From assembly GCA_038045385.1 (NCBI GenBank), contig JBBSYE010000003.1, positions 21,347 to 85,346 on the forward strand: 64,000 nucleotides of DNA, read 5' to 3'. A program made the position numbers and the translations under genes. Positions 63,480-64,000 of the stretch are shown here, one piece after another (within the stretch, counting starts at the first letter, position 1; each line of letters starts with the position of its first letter). The notes under the pieces are model-generated. The model had not been told where the DNA came from, searched no databases, and worked only from the letters and a program-made list of their open reading frames with translations. Origin of the DNA: Nanobdellota archaeon (GTDB lineage Archaea; Nanobdellota; Nanobdellia; Pacearchaeales; GW2011-AR1).

Positions 63480-63839
63480 ATGTTTATATATAATCAAAAC
63501 ATCGCTAAAACGATGTTAAGGCTTAAGATGTTTATACTCTTATTCTTGTTAGTTATCCAATTTACTCAAGCTTTTGAAGTAGGAATTGAATATAATCCTG
63601 GAAGAGCAGAATGCACTCCTTCAGATAATCAGTGTTCTCCTGATCTTAATTCAGTAGCTATTTGTGAGAATGGTAAATTTAACATCACAGATTGTCAATA
63701 TGGTTGTAATAATCGAGCAGTTATTCCACAATGTAATACTTCTTCTCAAGAAGATAAAACTGGAATAGTCTTGGTCTTATTGGCGATTATTGTTTTCATC
63801 TTAGGATATCTTTCTCTAAGAAAGAAACATACTAAATGA
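63480..63839 (+). CDS. secreted Cys-rich protein with a C-terminal TM anchor
   Basis: An N-terminal signal, 8 Cys (CTPSDNQCSPDLNSVAICENGKFNITDCQYGCNNRAVIPQC), and the C-terminal anchor GIVLVLLAIIVFILGYLSL. Confidence 0.5.
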   Translation: MFIYNQNIAKTMLRLKMFILLFLLVIQFTQAFEVGIEYNPGRAECTPSDNQCSPDLNSVAICENGKFNITDCQYGCNNRAVIPQCNTSSQEDKTGIVLVLLAIIVFILGYLSLRKKHTK

Positions 63840-64000
63840 TTATCTATATTTTTGAAGCTGATCGCCATAATTTTTTGGTTTTATCTTATCCCAAGTCTTA
63901 AATTGAGATGGTAGTCTTTCTAGCTCATTATTTAGGGCAACTTCAACAAATCGATAAAGTTTGATTTGATTAACCAAACAGAACATTTTTACTTTTTTGA
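63840..64000 (-). CDS. partial ORF of unknown function; the N-terminus may lie beyond the window
   Basis: The reverse frame is open from the window end to the stop at 63840-63842. An internal ATG at 63984-63986 would give the 48-aa protein MFCLVNQIKLYRFVEVALNNELERLPSQFKTWDKIKPKNYGDQLQKYR. Confidence 0.3.
   Translation of the reverse strand, partial: KKVKMFCLVNQIKLYRFVEVALNNELERLPSQFKTWDKIKPKNYGDQLQKYR

Overview
This is a low-GC archaeal chromosome segment. Hand counts give about 27% GC in typical coding sequence and about 13% in the putative origin. The informational genes are archaeal: PolD DP1/DP2, Orc1/Cdc6, RadA, aEF-1beta, RpoD/RpoF, eL18 and eL21. Tightly packed, often overlapping genes and many small secreted or membrane proteins fit a small-genome DPANN-type archaeon; that assignment is inference only.

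Core content in order:
- radA (partial), an RPA-like protein, aEF-1beta and an SDR.
- A type IV pilus-like locus at 3.4-14.7 kb: an A24 prepilin peptidase, nine ORFs with class-III prepilin signals (one of 49 aa is missing from the ORF track), a polytopic platform protein and a 741-aa secretion ATPase.
- Three tandem membrane paralogs and a double Lrp/AsnC regulator.
- Hef encoded as separate helicase and nuclease ORFs.
- A TyrRS with a degenerate HIGH motif, a DRG-like GTPase, an M16 peptidase and a TctA-like protein.
- The operon orc1/cdc6-DP1-DP2, which abuts a 726-bp non-coding, extremely AT-rich region that I call oriC.
- Lhr helicase, MscL, an OB-DHH RecJ-like protein and XerA.
- The ribosomal/RNAP clusters S13-S4-S11-RpoD-L18e-L13-S9 and L21e-RpoF-DUF655.
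- A MacB-type ABC transporter with two FtsX permeases and a convergent secreted protein.

I recognised no rRNA, tRNA, CRISPR array, transposase or intein.

The most unusual part is an accessory island at about 41.1-47.9 kb made of small orphan genes. It carries several non-coding signals that the genes do not explain:
- A dense same-strand cluster of AAACACC boxes and CTGTTTAAACAG palindromes next to a coiled-coil/wHTH gene.
- Two copies of a GC-rich double hairpin containing GCGAAGC, each ending exactly 38 nt before a start codon.
- A recurring 13-nt box, AAGTTCGYTTTAA, at gene boundaries.

A second notable signal is a three-member gene family (MKTWEKRL...) that shares promoter and signal-anchor DNA but has unrelated Cys-rich C-termini.

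All functional calls come from motif recognition by eye, with no database search. All counts are hand counts.
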